A stretch of DNA of 64,000 nucleotides from Marsupella aquatica (GCA_973895155.1 OZ316891.1:15035037-15099036); one strand, 5' to 3'; shown: positions 36,378 to 50,983, counted from the first letter of the stretch. Notes: a model not told the origin generated them from the letters alone. Translations and numbers: made by a program.

Positions 36378-36553
36378 ATTGAGGGATTGCCTGTTTAAAA
36401 ATTGGGAAGGTCGACTGGCAATAATGTGACCTATAAACAATTTCAATTAGTTCACTCATTGTTGTTCATCAGTTGCCAATACTCAATGAGATTGTTCTGT
36501 CATATCTCAATCTCTGTTAGACCAAACTTTACAGTTGCTGTCGTGCACTATAC

Positions 36554-36974
36554 TGTTGAGCATAGACGACGATCACAACGGCAAGCCCATGAACCATCCA
36601 ACGCACAATAGTCGACACAAGAGATACGTGGTTCACCTCCTTGAGGCTACGTCCACGGGAACACACAAGAGAGCTTTACTGAACTCTAAGCCCGTCGGCT
36701 ATACCGAGTCTCCACAGTGTAAGCTCTCCCTATCTCTCAAGTGGCTCCATAACAATGAGCCTTGGTTCTACCTCTCCAAGCACACATGCCTCTTATGATA
36801 TAGTGTGCAAATTAGTTGTACCTAACCACATAGTTGTACCTAATCACGTAGTTATACCTAACCACATAGTTGTACCTAATCACGTAGTTGTACCTAACCA
36901 CGTAATTGTACCAACCCACGTTGTTGTACCAACCACGTCATACCTAACCTAGACGTAAGAGTAAATACCCAACA
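36554..36974 (-). repeat. 3' LTR of copia B
   Basis: Direct repeat of 41872-42292, about 9 differences by eye. Confidence 0.95.
36813..36937. repeat. 18-bp tandem array in LTR U3 (~7 copies; also ~42131-42255)
   Basis: Unit TAGTTGTACCTAA(C/T)CAC(A/G). Confidence 0.92.
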
Positions 36975-37164
36975 ATCTTCCCCTTGACTCTGGTCTAGGG
37001 GAGAGTAATACTGCCAATGTATATGATCCCTCAGCGGGAAGTTCTGGACAAAAACCAAACTGGTTTCCCTCTCTAACTAGAGCAAACCAGAACTAAGCCG
37101 TAGCCTAATACATAGGAATGAGGAAGAGCATATATCAGTAATTACAATGAATGTTAAGAAAACT

Positions 37165-40100
37165 CTACTTGTGATGCAATTGCAAAACCTGCAATACGTC
37201 ACGATGTCTAGAGAAACTCTCCAAAGGAATCACTTTGGTAAATGCGTCAGCCGGGTTGAGTTTACCATCAATCTTGACTAGCTCAAACAAATTATCAGAC
37301 ACAGCCTGCCTGATAAAATGGTACCTGACATCAATGTGCTTCACTCTGCTGTCCATCACCTGGTTCACAGCAAGGTGGAGCGCACTTTGACTATCACAAT
37401 GGAGCTTCACATTCCCCTGTGGCAATCCCATTTCAGTGATAAGTCTATCCAACCAAATCGCTTCCTTTGCTGCTTCCGCAGCTGCAACATACTCCGCTTC
37501 TGTAGTAGACTGAGCAATACACTTCTGCAAAGTAGATCTCCAACTTATGCATCCACCGCCAAGTGTGAACACGTATCCTGTTGTTGATCTCCTTCGGTCC
37601 AAATCTTGTCCATAGTCACAATCAACATAGCCAATCAATGATTTAGCATTCTTTGCATTCGCATCAAATAAAAGATCATGATCCACGGTACCCTTCAAGT
37701 ACCTGATAATCCACTTCACTGCTTTCCAGTGTACCTTCCCTGGATTCGACATGTACCTGCTCACCTTGCCCATAGCCATGGCAAGATCAGGTCTAGTGCA
37801 AGTCATCAAATACATGAGACTCCCCACTGCCTTGTCATACGGAACCTTTGACATCAACCCCTTCTCTGTGTCATCCGTAGGACAGAACGCTGATGATAAC
37901 TTGAAGTGTGGAGCCAACGGGATACTTACTGGCTTGCTATTCTCCATGTTGAACCTTGCAATTACCTTCCTCGCATAACTGCTCTGCGTCAACCATAGCT
38001 TGCCAGCCTCCAAGTCCCTAGTGATCTCCATACCCAAAATCCTGTTAGCTGGCCCTAAGTCCTTCATCTTAAACTCTGCACTAAGCAGTGCCTTGAGCTT
38101 AACAATCTCAGACCTATCCTTGGCTGCAATTAGCATATCATCCACATAAAGTACTAAAACAATGAACCCAAAGACAACATTCTTTACCGGTTTCAAATAC
38201 ACACAAGGGTCAAATACACTTTTGTGAAAACCTTGTGACCAAATCCAATCGTCAAACCGCTTGTTCCACTGTCTTGGTGACTGCTTCAACCCATACAAGG
38301 ATTTCAGCAATCTGCAAACCAATTTCTCCTGTCCTCTCTTCACAAAACCTAGCGGTTGTCTCATGAAGATCACCTCTTCCAATGTGCCATAGAGGAAAGT
38401 TGTGACAACATCCATCTGATCTAGCAGCAGACCAAACATTACAACAAGTACACACAATAGTCGTATTGTAGAGTACTTAGTAACTGGTGAGAAGACCTCA
38501 TTGTAATCCACACCTTTCTCTTGTGTGAATCCCTTTGCTACCAACCTAGCCTTGTAGACCTTCGATCCACCTCCTATGGAATTATCCTTCAGCTTGTAAA
38601 TCCACTTGCTGTCCACCACTTGCTGACCCTCAGGCAGCTTAACAAGCTCCCAAGTTTTGTTGTCCTTTAGTGACTGCATCTCCGTTTGCATTGCTGCAGT
38701 CCACTTCTGCTTCTCCTTTGAAGCACTTGCCTCATGAAATGAAGAAGGTTCCCCTTCTTCCAAAATTAACGCATCACCCTCATCATCAGCTATAAAATCA
38801 TCCTCTTGCAGTTGAGATGAATCAACCCACTGTCCATACCTTGGTGGAGCGCGTACAGTGCGACCAGATGTTCTTCTAGCCGATGACTTTGGTTGATCTG
38901 CGTGTGCTGGTACAATTTGAAGCTCAACAGCATCCACTTGCTGCTCACCAGCATCAACAAACTCCTCTGGTTCCTCTGGCACATGAACCAGCTCCATAAT
39001 TGGAGCAACTCCTTCTCTCCGGTCATGCACCTCATAACCAATCTCCCCCTCAACGAGATCCGGGATAGGAGATTTTCCTTTGTCAGTACGGAAGACCTGA
39101 GTATTCTCCCCCTCCTTCAATAATCTGGATTCATTGAAGGAAACATCCCTACTGACAACGAGCTTACAGGCAATAGGATCTCATAGCCTATAGGCTTTCA
39201 CACCACTCTGGTACCCAAGAAAAATACATTTCTTGGAGGTAGGATCCAACTTGGTCCTATTCTGCTTCGGTGTGAGAGCATATGCATCACTTCCAAAAAC
39301 TACCAAGCCATGATAGTCTGTTTGCCGCTTATAGCGCATCTCAAACGGCGTTTTGAAATTGATAGCACTAGAAGGAGAAAGATTTACCAAATAAGCTGCG
39401 ATATTGACAGCTTCTGCCCAAAATTCTTGTGGTAAACCTGATTGGCTCAACATACTCCGTGATCGCTCCAACAATGTCCGATTGAGCCTCTCAACGATAC
39501 CATTCTGCTGTGGAGTATAAACTATGGTGAGATGGCGAGTTATCCCCTGTTCTGAATAGTACTCTTCAAATTCCATTGAAGTGTACTCCCCGCCGTTGTC
39601 TGACCTCAGACTCTTCACCCTTGTATCCAAACACTTGATCGTGTTTCCAATCTAATTCTCCACCTGGACCTTCCACTTCTTAGAAATGGACAAGACATCA
39701 GACTTACGCATCATGAAATAAATCCACACAAATCTTGAGTAATCATCAATAAATGATACATAGTACAACTTTCCAGAGTGTGAGGGAGTCGGGGATGGAC
39801 CCCACACGTCACTATGTATGTACTCAAGAACCGCTTTGGAACGATGAGTTCCAACACCAAAAGCACAACGATGCTGCTTTCCAAGAATGCAATGCTCACA
39901 AAACTCTAATTTACAAGATTGCAAATCAGAAATGAGTCCATTCTTCCGTAAGATAGCCAAACCCTTCTCACTCATGTGGCCTAGCCGTGAATGCCACAGT
40001 TGAGTCATCTCCTCGTGAGACTTGGTTACATTGGCCTCTCCACATACAGTATTGCCCTGTAACACATACAAATTCTTTTGTCTACTCCCCTTCAAAATCA

Positions 40101-40438
40101 CTGTCTCTCCCGACCTGACTTGAAGTTCACCATCAATAACGCTCCATTGATGACCATTTGAATCCAACACACCGAGTGAAATCAGATTCTTATGCATGCC
40201 ACGTACATACCTGACTCCGGGACACTGTGCGCACAGCGCCATCAAACATTTGAATCTTCACAGACCCAATTCCCTCAATTTAACAAGAATGATCATTTCC
40301 CATCAGAACTGAACCGTTTGAAACAGAGTAAGAACTAAAAAACTCACGAATATAACAAATATGAAAAGAGCAAGCATAATCAAGAATCCACATATCATCT
40401 GCTCTCCTAGATGACGTGCACAGGGCATACCCCCGGCT
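37165..40438 (-). pseudogene. pol: copia B pol; stops at 39652 and 39181, frameshift near 40220
   Basis: WILDYAC, IN core, RT YVDD and RNaseH motifs. Confidence 0.92.
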
Positions 40439-41296
40439 TCATAAAACATACTCATCATTGAGTAAATCAGCTTCTCCATCAGCCCTAGCCACATTTGCCG
40501 ATGAAGTTTCCGCTGCCTTTTTCTTATAGTCTCGCTTGAAGTGTCCAACTTGGTTGCACTTCCAATATGTCACCTGCCTCCTTTGAGGGGATTTACCCTT
40601 GGACTTAGATCTGGATTTAGATCTAAACTGGGTTCTACGGTCCCCTGTTGGTCGCTGCATACTCCTCCCATGGTTAACATTGAGGGCAGCACCAGATGAT
40701 GAAGGCTGTGACGTGATGTGCATCTTCTGCTGAAGATCATCACTAAGTAGAGAACTTACCACGTCATTGTATGAAATGGTATCCCTATCACGATGCAACA
40801 ACACTCGTGATAGGGACTGGTAAGATGGAGGCAATGAACTAAGAAGCTGCAGAGCCTTCGTCTCATCATTCAAAGTCTCCCCAAGGTTTTCCAAGTCAAC
40901 GACCATGTCGTTGAAAGCATCCACATGGTCTTGCAACTTCGTACCGGATTCCTTCATCTTGAAACTCATCAATTTGTAGGAAGTGTAGAGCCGGTTCGAC
41001 AACTCCTTGCGGTGATACTTGCTCTGCAATTCCGCAAACAAGGACATGCAATCCTTATGTGCACCCAACTGCTTGATGATGGGAGGCATGAGATAGAGTG
41101 TAACACACCACACTCCCTGCTCCTGCATGCGGTCTCATTGTTTCTCATCAACATCGTCTTCACGAGGGCTCAGCAGTTGGCCCATCCCTGACGTATAGAG
41201 CACTCCCTTCACCTGCTTCTCCCATAGCAAGTAGTCAGAGCGCCCATCATACTTTGTCACTTCATACTTGGGTCCCCCAAGCTTGAAAGTCCCCAT
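40439..41296 (-). pseudogene. gag: copia B gag (stop at 41135-41137)
   Basis: MGTFKLGGPKYEVTKYDGRSDYLLWEKQVKGVL ... zinc knuckle ... EYVL-TGA. Confidence 0.9.
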
Positions 41297-41857
41297 CTTC
41301 TTATTTGGCACTACCGTGAGCTCCGGTAGTAGTACTGCTTCCTCCACCACACGCCGCACCGGTGATGGTATCGCTGTCACGTGCTCTTCCTCCTGCTCCT
41401 CTCTCTGTCCCTAAAACCTCCGCGGTGATCCTCATGCTTCAAGTTCCACGTCTTGTCAACAACGAATGTTGATCAATTGCACTTGGTGCCGTCACCAAGT
41501 CCAACAAGGTAATTGATTTTGCTTAGCCTTCCTCTTTGCATCAAAGAGCCAATCCCGGACTCAAAACAATCGTCTTGCCTCAATCTCTCTGTTGAGTCAA
41601 AACACTTGACGCTTCTCCCTCCGAGTCGATTGCCAACTTTCTTCACAAAATCCAGAACGACGAAAACTTAGATCTCTCTGCACCACAGCTCCGTTCAGCA
41701 ATTTCTTCACACCGTTAGAAAGCTCTTGCCCTGATCTATCCGTTGAGCCAATAAACTCCAAGTTCCATGCGACGGAACTCTGGGAAATCCACCGACACTC
41801 AACGCTGGAAAAACCGTCATGAAATCCCGTCACGAACACACGTCACCTCCCAAGCAT

Positions 41858-41869
41858 GCTCTGATACCA
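41858..41869 (-). promoter_or_regulatory. primer binding site (tRNA-iMet) of copia B
   Basis: GCTCTGATACCA on the + strand. Confidence 0.95.
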
Positions 41870-41871
41870 AT

Positions 41872-42292
41872 TGTTGAGCATAGACGACGATCGCAACGGC
41901 AAGCCCATGAACCATCCAACGCACAATAGTCGACACAAGAGATACGTGGTTCACCTCCTTGAGGCTACGTCCACGGGAACACACAAGAGAGCTTTACTGA
42001 ACTCTAAGCCCGTCGGCTATACCGAGTCTCCACAGTGTAAGCTCTCCCTATCTCTCAAGTGACTCCATAACAATGAGCCTTGGTTCTACCTCTCCAAGCA
42101 CACATGCCTCTTATGATATAGTGTGCAACTTATTTGTACCTAACCACATAGTTGTACCTAATCACGTAGTTGTACCTAACCACATAGTTGTACCTAATCA
42201 CATAGTTATACCTAACCACGTAGTTGTACCAACCCACGTTGTTGTACCAACCATGTCATACCTAACCTAGACGTAAGAGTAAATACCCAACA
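41872..42292 (-). repeat. 5' LTR of copia B
   Basis: TG..CA ends, adjacent to the PBS and the TSD. Confidence 0.95.
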
Positions 42293-44549
42293 TATACCCC
42301 CGACACCCTTTGTACATTACAGAATAGTGTTCATGAGTAAAGAGTGTGGAAACAATACAACAAAGAAGAACTTACTTTTTGCCTCTAGCCTAATCTACTC
42401 AGAGTGCCCTGCACATACCTAAAAGTGAAACATACTTCAATCCCAAATGTGTTAATTTAATTGTTGCTAGGACTCAAACTACTCATTCAAGGTGTCCTTC
42501 ACAGAACTGAAATGTACTTCCCAAAAGGTTTCGTAGAAAGATGACAAAGGAAGAAATCTGAAATTGTTTTTTGCCAAAAAAAGAGCTAGGTTCCAAAGGA
42601 AAGACAAAGAAATTCAGAAACTTATGGTCGCTTGAATTCTTGACTATTTAAATAGATTAATGGTAGGGTCATTGGAAGCCTCTTTCTGAAAATGCTTCTA
42701 CGCATTATAAGCATGAGAAGGCGCATCTAGAGATGAGGGAAATATTAGAAATAGATTCTTATTGACTACATTGTTGTGCGCATACACATCGCTACACAAC
42801 ATACATCGTTTATCACACATATCTAAGCATAGTCACAATCAACATCACAAACATAAGAGAATGTAGTACAAGTGGAACTCCTATCCACACATGTCCAAAA
42901 CCCACAATAATCTTCAAGAGCAATCGAACATCAATTGACGTCAATCAAACACACAATCCTTCTCAATGCAATCAGACACTTATGTCAAGCCAAATGCACC
43001 TTGCGCCTCAAGGAATCCACATTACGTACACACAACCTAGACAGCCACAGTCACCATAGCCGCTAGAGCTTGTGCTCGAAAGGCTCAACATCAAAAGAGG
43101 AGTCCTTTGAGCCAACACAAAGAGATAACTATCCCTCACAAACATACACTAACTCTAAAACACTTACTTAGATAACACACATATGAAAGCCTCAAACCTA
43201 CATAGTCCGATATCCTATACTACCACTCATAATGGTGTGACAACACACCTAAAGTTTGAAAGTAAGTTAGAACATAAGGTTCATTTGGGGGTTCATTGCT
43301 ATAAGTGACAAATGGAGAGTGAGATAGTTGAAGAGCGGCTCTACTATGACTAGTTTAAAAGGTGACTGTCCTTGTCACACTTTGGTGACAATTATAGTGT
43401 AAAACCTGCTATTGAGGAAAATGTCATGCGGACAATACCCATACACAACTCACATTGATACACACCTTAAGTGTATACATTTGCAAACAAGTAGACAGCA
43501 ATTGCATTGCATCCACAACACTGTGGATGCAAGAGTGAGAACGGAGCCCCTTCACAATGTACTATGAGTTGTGCCAAACACCTGCTCATGCCGGATGCCA
43601 GGTTTATACAAATAAGAAAACCTTGCATAATATCACTCTACATGTCACACTCAATAAAATATTATTAGTGTACAAAGGTTCAATTTGGAAGAATGAATTT
43701 TTTCAAGGTATATTCTTCTCTCCTTAGCTCATGACATAGTAATCTAGATGAATGGCCAACCATTACCAAGTTACCTCTCTAGCATTTGGGACAAACAAAG
43801 TTGCATTCAATTATGACTTGGGGTGACAATAATGGTCCATGGGGGTTTTGTCAGTTTCCACTTTATAAATGCAATTTTCACTTTTTAAGAATGTATCTGC
43901 ACTTCAAATGACAGTACACGTGTTGCTCTCATCAACATAGTGACTCAACACACTATGCGGTAGTACCTATGGCACTATTCATTTTTAGCTTAAGTAGTTT
44001 TCCAATATGTTGACTGCTTTCCTATATACCTGTAACGTGGTATTATTCATTACTTGTTTAACTGCTTTTCCAATTAATAGGAACTGGCCATATGGCAGTG
44101 TTGTCAGAAAGAAAAGGTATCATAAAGGACATCATTTAAACCATAACCCCCTTTAAAGAGCTACTAGCGCTCATTGTAAAGTGCAGGTTCACTAACGGAT
44201 TTTTGAGGTGCAAAACCTTTTATTCTGGAATACTGTTCACCACAGGACAAGAACGAGGAGTAGTGGGAGAGTGGGGATTTTACAGTGGCGGTGTGGTTCA
44301 AGAGTTAATTGCAGACCTGCCAAGAACTGCCATTAATTTTAGTGAGGGCCCAACGCATGTTTGACAATAGCTTATTGCAGAAATCCATGGATGAAGTAAG
44401 GTACAAGAAAGAATGTGGGAGTGCTTTTATTGATGAAACCATAAAAAAAACTGAAAGGCCAAAACAGAAAGAATAATGTGCCATACTAGAAGGAAAGAGC
44501 TTATTTCAAAGGAAGTTGGAGAGTTGAGAAAAGTTGTACGAATAGATTG

Positions 44550-46377
44550 AGAATGGTGTGTTCGTTTTGAGCATTCTGTCAAGCTCCCTTTCATAGAGTT
44601 ATATGCTTGTTTGGGGAGTGGGGCTTTCTGGTGAGTCTTGCCGTTCCTGTCCTTGTAAGGCCAAAGGACTTCGGCTCCAGATAAGTGTGTAGAATTTTGC
44701 ATAAGTGGACGTGTTCAAGGTGAGTTCTACTAACATTCGAGCTTTAGAGGTGAGGGCTTGAGTATATGTGGACGTCCCGCCCATGAACTCTGTTTACTTC
44801 GATCACGGACACGAGGTAGGTGCTCAAAGAGTGAAGGCAACCGTACTGCAATTACCATAAAAATGAACAGAGGTCTAATGAGCTGGTCAGGCAACCAATA
44901 CACGACTCTCTCGAGTAGCCAGTCCACTGTAAATGGCATTTCAGGTTACTAGCCTAACATGAAGACCTATTAATAAGGAACTAAATGAGAAATGAAACGG
45001 AGTAGAATGTTGCCAATTGGTGTGATGTAGCAACTGAGTAGGACAGTCTTATCGTCCAATAATCTTATTGGAAATATTTGCGTGTGTTCAAATCGTCCAT
45101 TGATCTGTGTTCAACACCGAAGGAAATAACACATGATGTCAAAAGAAATGATTTCTGTTGAAACCTTGTCTAGCGTGAAAAAGTGTTTCGAATGAGTACT
45201 TGCCTTCCTTTTCTTACCCAGTCTTCTATGGCAACAAACGTGATGAGATCCTGCAATGTCAAGGGCAGAAGTGTGATTGTGTGGCTTGGTACCATCGTTC
45301 CTATGAGAGGAACATACCACAGACCAGATAGCAGAGAGTGCAAGTTTGGACAAAACAGTGAATATGTCTCGAAGACGTGATAAGGAATACCCCAACGCCA
45401 TCAAGTCCTCCATCACAAACGATTACTTTGGGACCTCCCATTTGATAGAAGGCATCCAAAAAAGGAATCCGCCAGTGAATCCAGCTGTTGTCCAGGCAAT
45501 TTGTCCCTGAACTGCGAAAACTTCCTCGTATTAGCTCTAAACTTCAGAGCCCCTGTAGTACTTGGTGACGTGTGAGTGTAAATAAAATAAGCCAACACAC
45601 TTTGCAACGTTTTAGATCTGAGTTCTGGTGTGCATATTTGAAAGAAAGATGCATCGGCTACTAGAACATCTTAGTTCTCCCTAAGCCTGTCATCACTAAA
45701 CTTTAAGCTGTGAAGCAATTGTCAATCAAGAAATTTCGCGACTAGCTACATGACAGACTGAATTAAACATTTCCCTTTGGGGAAAAGAACTGTCCCTTCA
45801 AAGGACAGAGCATCGCCCATTATCTCGCTCCCGTACGTTGTTTATGAATCTGATTGATTCTACTCCTCGTCCCTCCTTTCCAGGCCTGATGAGGCTCTGC
45901 AAATCTCTGAACTTAGAGAGGTTATATTCAGAGTTCTATCCTGTGTTATTGGCGACGAAATTGCCTCAAATCTATAATCTAGGTGCGACTTTCTGATAAA
46001 AAGGAGAGGATCCAATGAGAAATGTACAAGAGCATTAATCGTGATTCTGCCCATAGTGGCAGCAACCAAGAATTTATACCATTCAACACTTGTTCAATGT
46101 TGTTTGGCCAATGGGGCCATTACTTCTACTTATAATTAAGTACAATTTACTACATGTACAAGATCAGGATAAACCCATACAAGAGAACTGCATAATAATT
46201 AGTGCCTGGTCTAGTTAACACATGGACCTCAATCATATTATCGCCTGCCCTTACTATTGCAGGGGAAAAGCCTCCAGAACTTGCTGCAGATGATGTTGGA
46301 GAACCGGTACTAAAGTCAACACCCTGCTGACGAACATAGTTTCCGAATACCAGTTTGGATGCTTTCAGATTGTCCAT
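44550..46377 (-). pseudogene. decayed NPF (NRT1/PTR) transporter-like pseudogene
   Basis: Colinear remnants of NPF motifs: GVDFSTGSP....SGG...A...G, LADSFFG, DGTKP, and TSTY....SPL. Many stops and frameshifts. Confidence 0.45.
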
Positions 46378-48258
46378 GTCTCTGCGCCTTGGCTTGAGAA
46401 GCGGGTGTAGGAATAATCTATTCCGTATCAGGCATGTGACCTATATTTCGCACTAAAACGTCTAGTTGTTGTGCATATGGGCTGGGTTCAACCGAAAAGG
46501 CCTAATCTAAGATGCTCCAACAAATTCAGGGCCTCGTCGTTATTCGGCACGGGAGAACCCTCTGTAGGATCTAAAGAAAAGGAACGAACTGAACAGCAGC
46601 TTGCTCTCAATCCTCTAGTTCTATTTGTTTAAAGCAATCGAATACGTGATCCACCTACTCAATGAGTCAAACTTGGTGGTGAGTGTGAAATTTAGGGGGT
46701 CGAAGAGAATATAGAGAGAGCCGATGAGAGTAACTGGTTGAAATTCCTAACGCACAAGAGGATACTGAATCTGAACATTCTGCACTTGGGGAGAAAGAAT
46801 CCACACACGAAGCATGACTAGAGGAGGGGCAGGAAGAGGAGAGGTGATACTCTATAGCTTTGAAAGATTGCCCCAGGACCAGAGTGCCGAACGGTAGCCA
46901 TAACTGTGCAAACCAAGGTCGCTCAAGTGACACTGTCTCCTTCTTGCACATATGTCAGGGCCAGGAACAGTGAGCCGCACACGAACGAAGGAGAAGCTGA
47001 CAGGGTGAGCGCCAGAGAGTTATTGAGTTGGCCACCTCAATAAACCTAGCTCGTGTATTCATTTCGATCTTATCTCGAAACAAAAATATAGACTTACCCC
47101 AACGAGAGTGGTGAAGTCAAATAGTGTTACTAAACTATGCAAGACACTGCCACAGTTGATAAGTGGACGGTAGGGTCGCCTGATAACAAATTCGAAACTC
47201 CTAGACCGGAGGCAGAGGTGACATCCACGAGCGCAGGCGATCTTAAGAGGTTCTCGAATTGCCCCAAAGTCTCAAGAAAGACACGACCTCCGAGGTAATG
47301 TTTCATTCTCGCCCCTAATGCTGGTACTTCTCAGCCAACCAAATGAGATCAAGTCGTCGAGAACATATAACCAGAGGTGGAGTAAATACGACGTACTAAA
47401 GTTCACAGCTAACTTAATTCATTACGTTTACCGTTGTTTACAATGTGGATAACTGTTCGTCCACGGAGAGGCTTCGTCCCATAGTGCTGCCGTACTGAAA
47501 TCGAAGATTACAGACGAAACAAACCAAAACAAAAACATCTTCAAGATAAGAAAAAGTCCCACTATCTCAAATCGCTTTCTACCTTAAGTTTAGCGCAGCT
47601 GCTGGGAACACAAATAACATCTGATAGGCTCTATGTAACAGAACAAAATCAACCCAGATGGGGATGCTATATAAACCAAAGAACATCACAAGATCACGAA
47701 AATGCCAAGTCCAAGAACCAACGTAAAATGGTCAAAACTGCAAGAATGCCTGATGCATGACGAAACACAAGCGAAGGCGCAGTTAATCAACCCAGAAGAC
47801 AAAAGAACACTTGCAAATGGTCATAGCTTCGTAATCTCAGAGACACCGGATAGAAGCTTATAAAGCAGCAATGTTACAATCAAGAGATTCAAACGGATGC
47901 TACCATGAACTTCTTTATATCAGTAAAGTCTCTTCCCTGGTTATAATTTTGATGCAATTTTTTACTACATACACTTGACTGTACCAAAATAGTAATTTTC
48001 ACCTCTGAAGTATGACCAACTGTTACACAATAAGCGTCTCTCGACCATGTTTAACCTTTATCGCTACAGAGATTCCGCTAAATGTAGTAACGCCCTTGTC
48101 TACCTCTGTTGTAACAGAAGGAAGTTTCAATTCCTTGTAGCTTCTTAATATTGTCTACTTATCGTCAGATTACACCTTAGAACACTGCAGCCTAGATACC
48201 GATGGAGCAAACCTATTCACAAATGAAGAAATGAAAGAGTGCTGCAAATCACATGAGC

Positions 48259-50983
48259 TTAGTTGTCATTGGCAGCTTGTACTCGAACTACTGTCCCTTC
48301 ATCCCCTTCAGCAACATCAAACAATGATAACTGTGGTGAACCCGACAAAATTTCTTCACCCGTTAGAAGTTCTGTCAGAGTAGCAGTTGCTTCTGTGACT
48401 TCAGAAGCTGATTTCTGTTGCTTTCTCGGGCTTCCCTTCTGCCCTAGCCACCCTGAAATGTGAGGATAGGATGACGATGCCAGACTAAATACTAACTTCT
48501 GTGCTTGTGACACAGCATGAAGAGTTGTTGCAGCCGCACTCACCACAGCTGGTCTAACTACCTGCACTGGTACATTTGCCGTCTCCTGCAACATAGCTGT
48601 TCAACAAAAAATAGTTACAAACTTTTCACTGAAATTGATGTCTTTAACGAGAGGACTGCGAACCAGAACTTGTCAAACGCATTTGGGGCTAGCTAGGGAG
48701 AGAAAGGGTATAGCACAATCCCACGACAGAAATCAATCATTCGACGTCTAGACGGATATAACTTTCAACACAATGTCCACAGAACCACAAATATGTAAAA
48801 CAGCTTTTACCCTACTCTGTTTTTAAAAAATAGAACCGAAAGCATGGTAATCTTCACGGCAAAGGAACGTTGACTGCTCTGAAGAAACAAAACGTACCAA
48901 ACGTTTGAGACGCCGCAACAACACCAATACGACGGATTCCAACTTCAGCAGCCTGAACTGCTCGTGCCGAGTTTCTCACACCATGTGATATTTCTTGACT
49001 GAAATTGACATCAATCAAACAGAATATACAATTAACAATAGCTCTAAGGAAATTGTGAACCAGTTACATAGAATTTATATGCTGAAATAGTTAAATCGTA
49101 AGGAGCATCACTTCAAACATGGAGTGGAATCTGACTGACTTGCAATTAAACACTGTAGACTGTGATCCCAATGACTTCCAGACAAAGCACTAAATTAGAA
49201 TAATATTATGCAATTCGCACTTTAAAGTCATACAATAAATTGGTGATTTCTCTTCCACAGCACACTCATAACGGTAGCCTGACAGTTTTGTCAGGTCAAC
49301 CTGGAACCTTCGTCTTAACACACAGAGAACATCCTTATTGATCTCACTAACCCTAGAAAAACTATTCAGACACAATATGAACGACTGTAAACGATTCGAT
49401 ACTGACCTCGTGAATTACGTTATATTCATGACAGGCAGAATATGCCAATAACCCACCTTAAGTCATTAAGCTCCAATGTAAGGTCGCTAATCTCCATGCC
49501 AGAGAGCCGAATTGCGGCCATTGTCCCTGGTAACTCTTCTCTAGCAATATCTGCAAGCTTTTCCATGGACACTGCAGCCCTTCTCATTGCCTGGGGAGGT
49601 TGGACGAAGTATGAGCAACTAGAAGCTATCAAGATCTGAGACAGTTGTGCACTGGTTGGGAACCATTCATGATTGCTTAGATTAAAATTCATCGACAATA
49701 TTACTGAGATTTCACAGGCGAACTGAGGTAGCACAACTGAGGAAGTAAAAACCGAGGAGGGCCAGAAAACGAACATGTAGAGTAGGAATGGCTGCGATAA
49801 TGAGCGCAAAAAGTGCAAAGGAAGCCTGCAAAAGATCACCCAGTGATAAAGACATCAGATAATCAAATTTGTCGAGTATGAAAGAGGATAACTATGTGGT
49901 AAGTGTACAAACTGCTGGGAGATTCTCCTTGAAAAGTGAAATTTGATATTGGGAATGATTCATTAAGACTGCTGATATTATTATGAACTCCATCGACCAA
50001 TTTGGTCAAGAAAATTACTCTTTCATGACAATTGCACCATTAGGCCATCTTTACATATCCCCAAAGAGCCCGGGCAAAACGATTAGCCTGCATCATTCCG
50101 TGCTACATCATACAGGATATACCACGGCACTCACGAAAGAAGAACGAAAGCCCTACACAAAGCCTTTCTGATCACTAAGACCGAAACAAAATATCTGAGA
50201 AATTGTTGTCCAAAGAAAGCCAATGTGAGAAGTCTGAGAAGTCGGATAAGGGAGCAGGTTAAAGTTTTCCACAACAAGAACGACAAAATCCAATAGTCTG
50301 ATGGAAATGCTGTATTTTTCGACCGTAAAGAATAGCCTGCTCCATGACCTCGAACATCCTGCGAGTGTCTGGCTTATTCCGGACATCAAGCTAACGAGAG
50401 ACAACTTAAGGTCCTGTCAAATGTACGACACTAAAGACTCACAAGGTGAAAGGTAAAAACAGGTTGTGTCGGAAGATCCTACTGTGCACGCGATGAAGCC
50501 GAGAAGGAGGAATGCTTGATCCACCACTGAGAACTGAGAGAACTGAGCATTTCGCAGGGTGCGCGGGACAATTGACGGCAGAGCTATAGTCGAAACAAAC
50601 TGGTTTCCACCAGTAACCCCAGGGTGTGCCTCATTTTGATTATTTCGCACATATGGCAACGATGGATCTCCCGTTGTCATATGATTCGAGGAAGCACCCT
50701 CCCTGTTTGCCATAGGTATGCAACTTGTCCGCCTCGATGAAAGCCGTCTACATCCAGACCGCAATCCCTCGCCTTGCCTTTTAAGTCCGGATCCTCCGAA
50801 TTGATACCAAACGGCAAAATCTCGTTTGTTCCTTGCATTAGTGTGGTCCCAAACAGCTGAAACCGTCGCTTCACTATAAAGACGAGAAGCCGCACAGAAT
50901 TGACAGCCATTATCGAATGCCTGACTGCCTAGCCCCCAGGGCACGCTGGAAGCTAAATAAGGCCGCAATTGACTACGAAGCAT
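48259..50983 (-). CDS. At1g08530-like predicted plastid membrane protein; exons 50983-50483, 49825-49775, 49590-49457, 48998-48898, 48596-48259 (374 aa)
   Basis: GT-AG exons splice in frame. Conserved DQAFLLLGFIACT..AIPTL.AM.RAA.S.EKLAD.AREELPGTMAAIRLSGMEISDLTLEL.DLSQEI..GV..SARAVQAAE.GI. Transit-peptide-like N-terminus. Confidence 0.9.

Larger units (their letters stand above)
36554..42292 (-). mobile_element. Ty1/copia LTR retrotransposon, copy B (full-length, several premature stops)
   Basis: 421-bp LTRs, TSD TATAC (36549-36553, 42293-42297), PBS at 41858-41869, PPT at 36975-36991. gag-PR-IN-RT-RH highly similar to copy A. Confidence 0.97.

Noticed and set aside
36813-36937. CRISPR-like array
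   Set aside because: Units are head-to-tail with no unique spacers, lie inside an LTR, and there are no cas genes in this eukaryotic context.
36755-36952. ORF with VVPNHI repeats (also 42073-42270)
   Set aside because: It is a translation of the 18-bp LTR array on the antisense strand of the element, not a gene.
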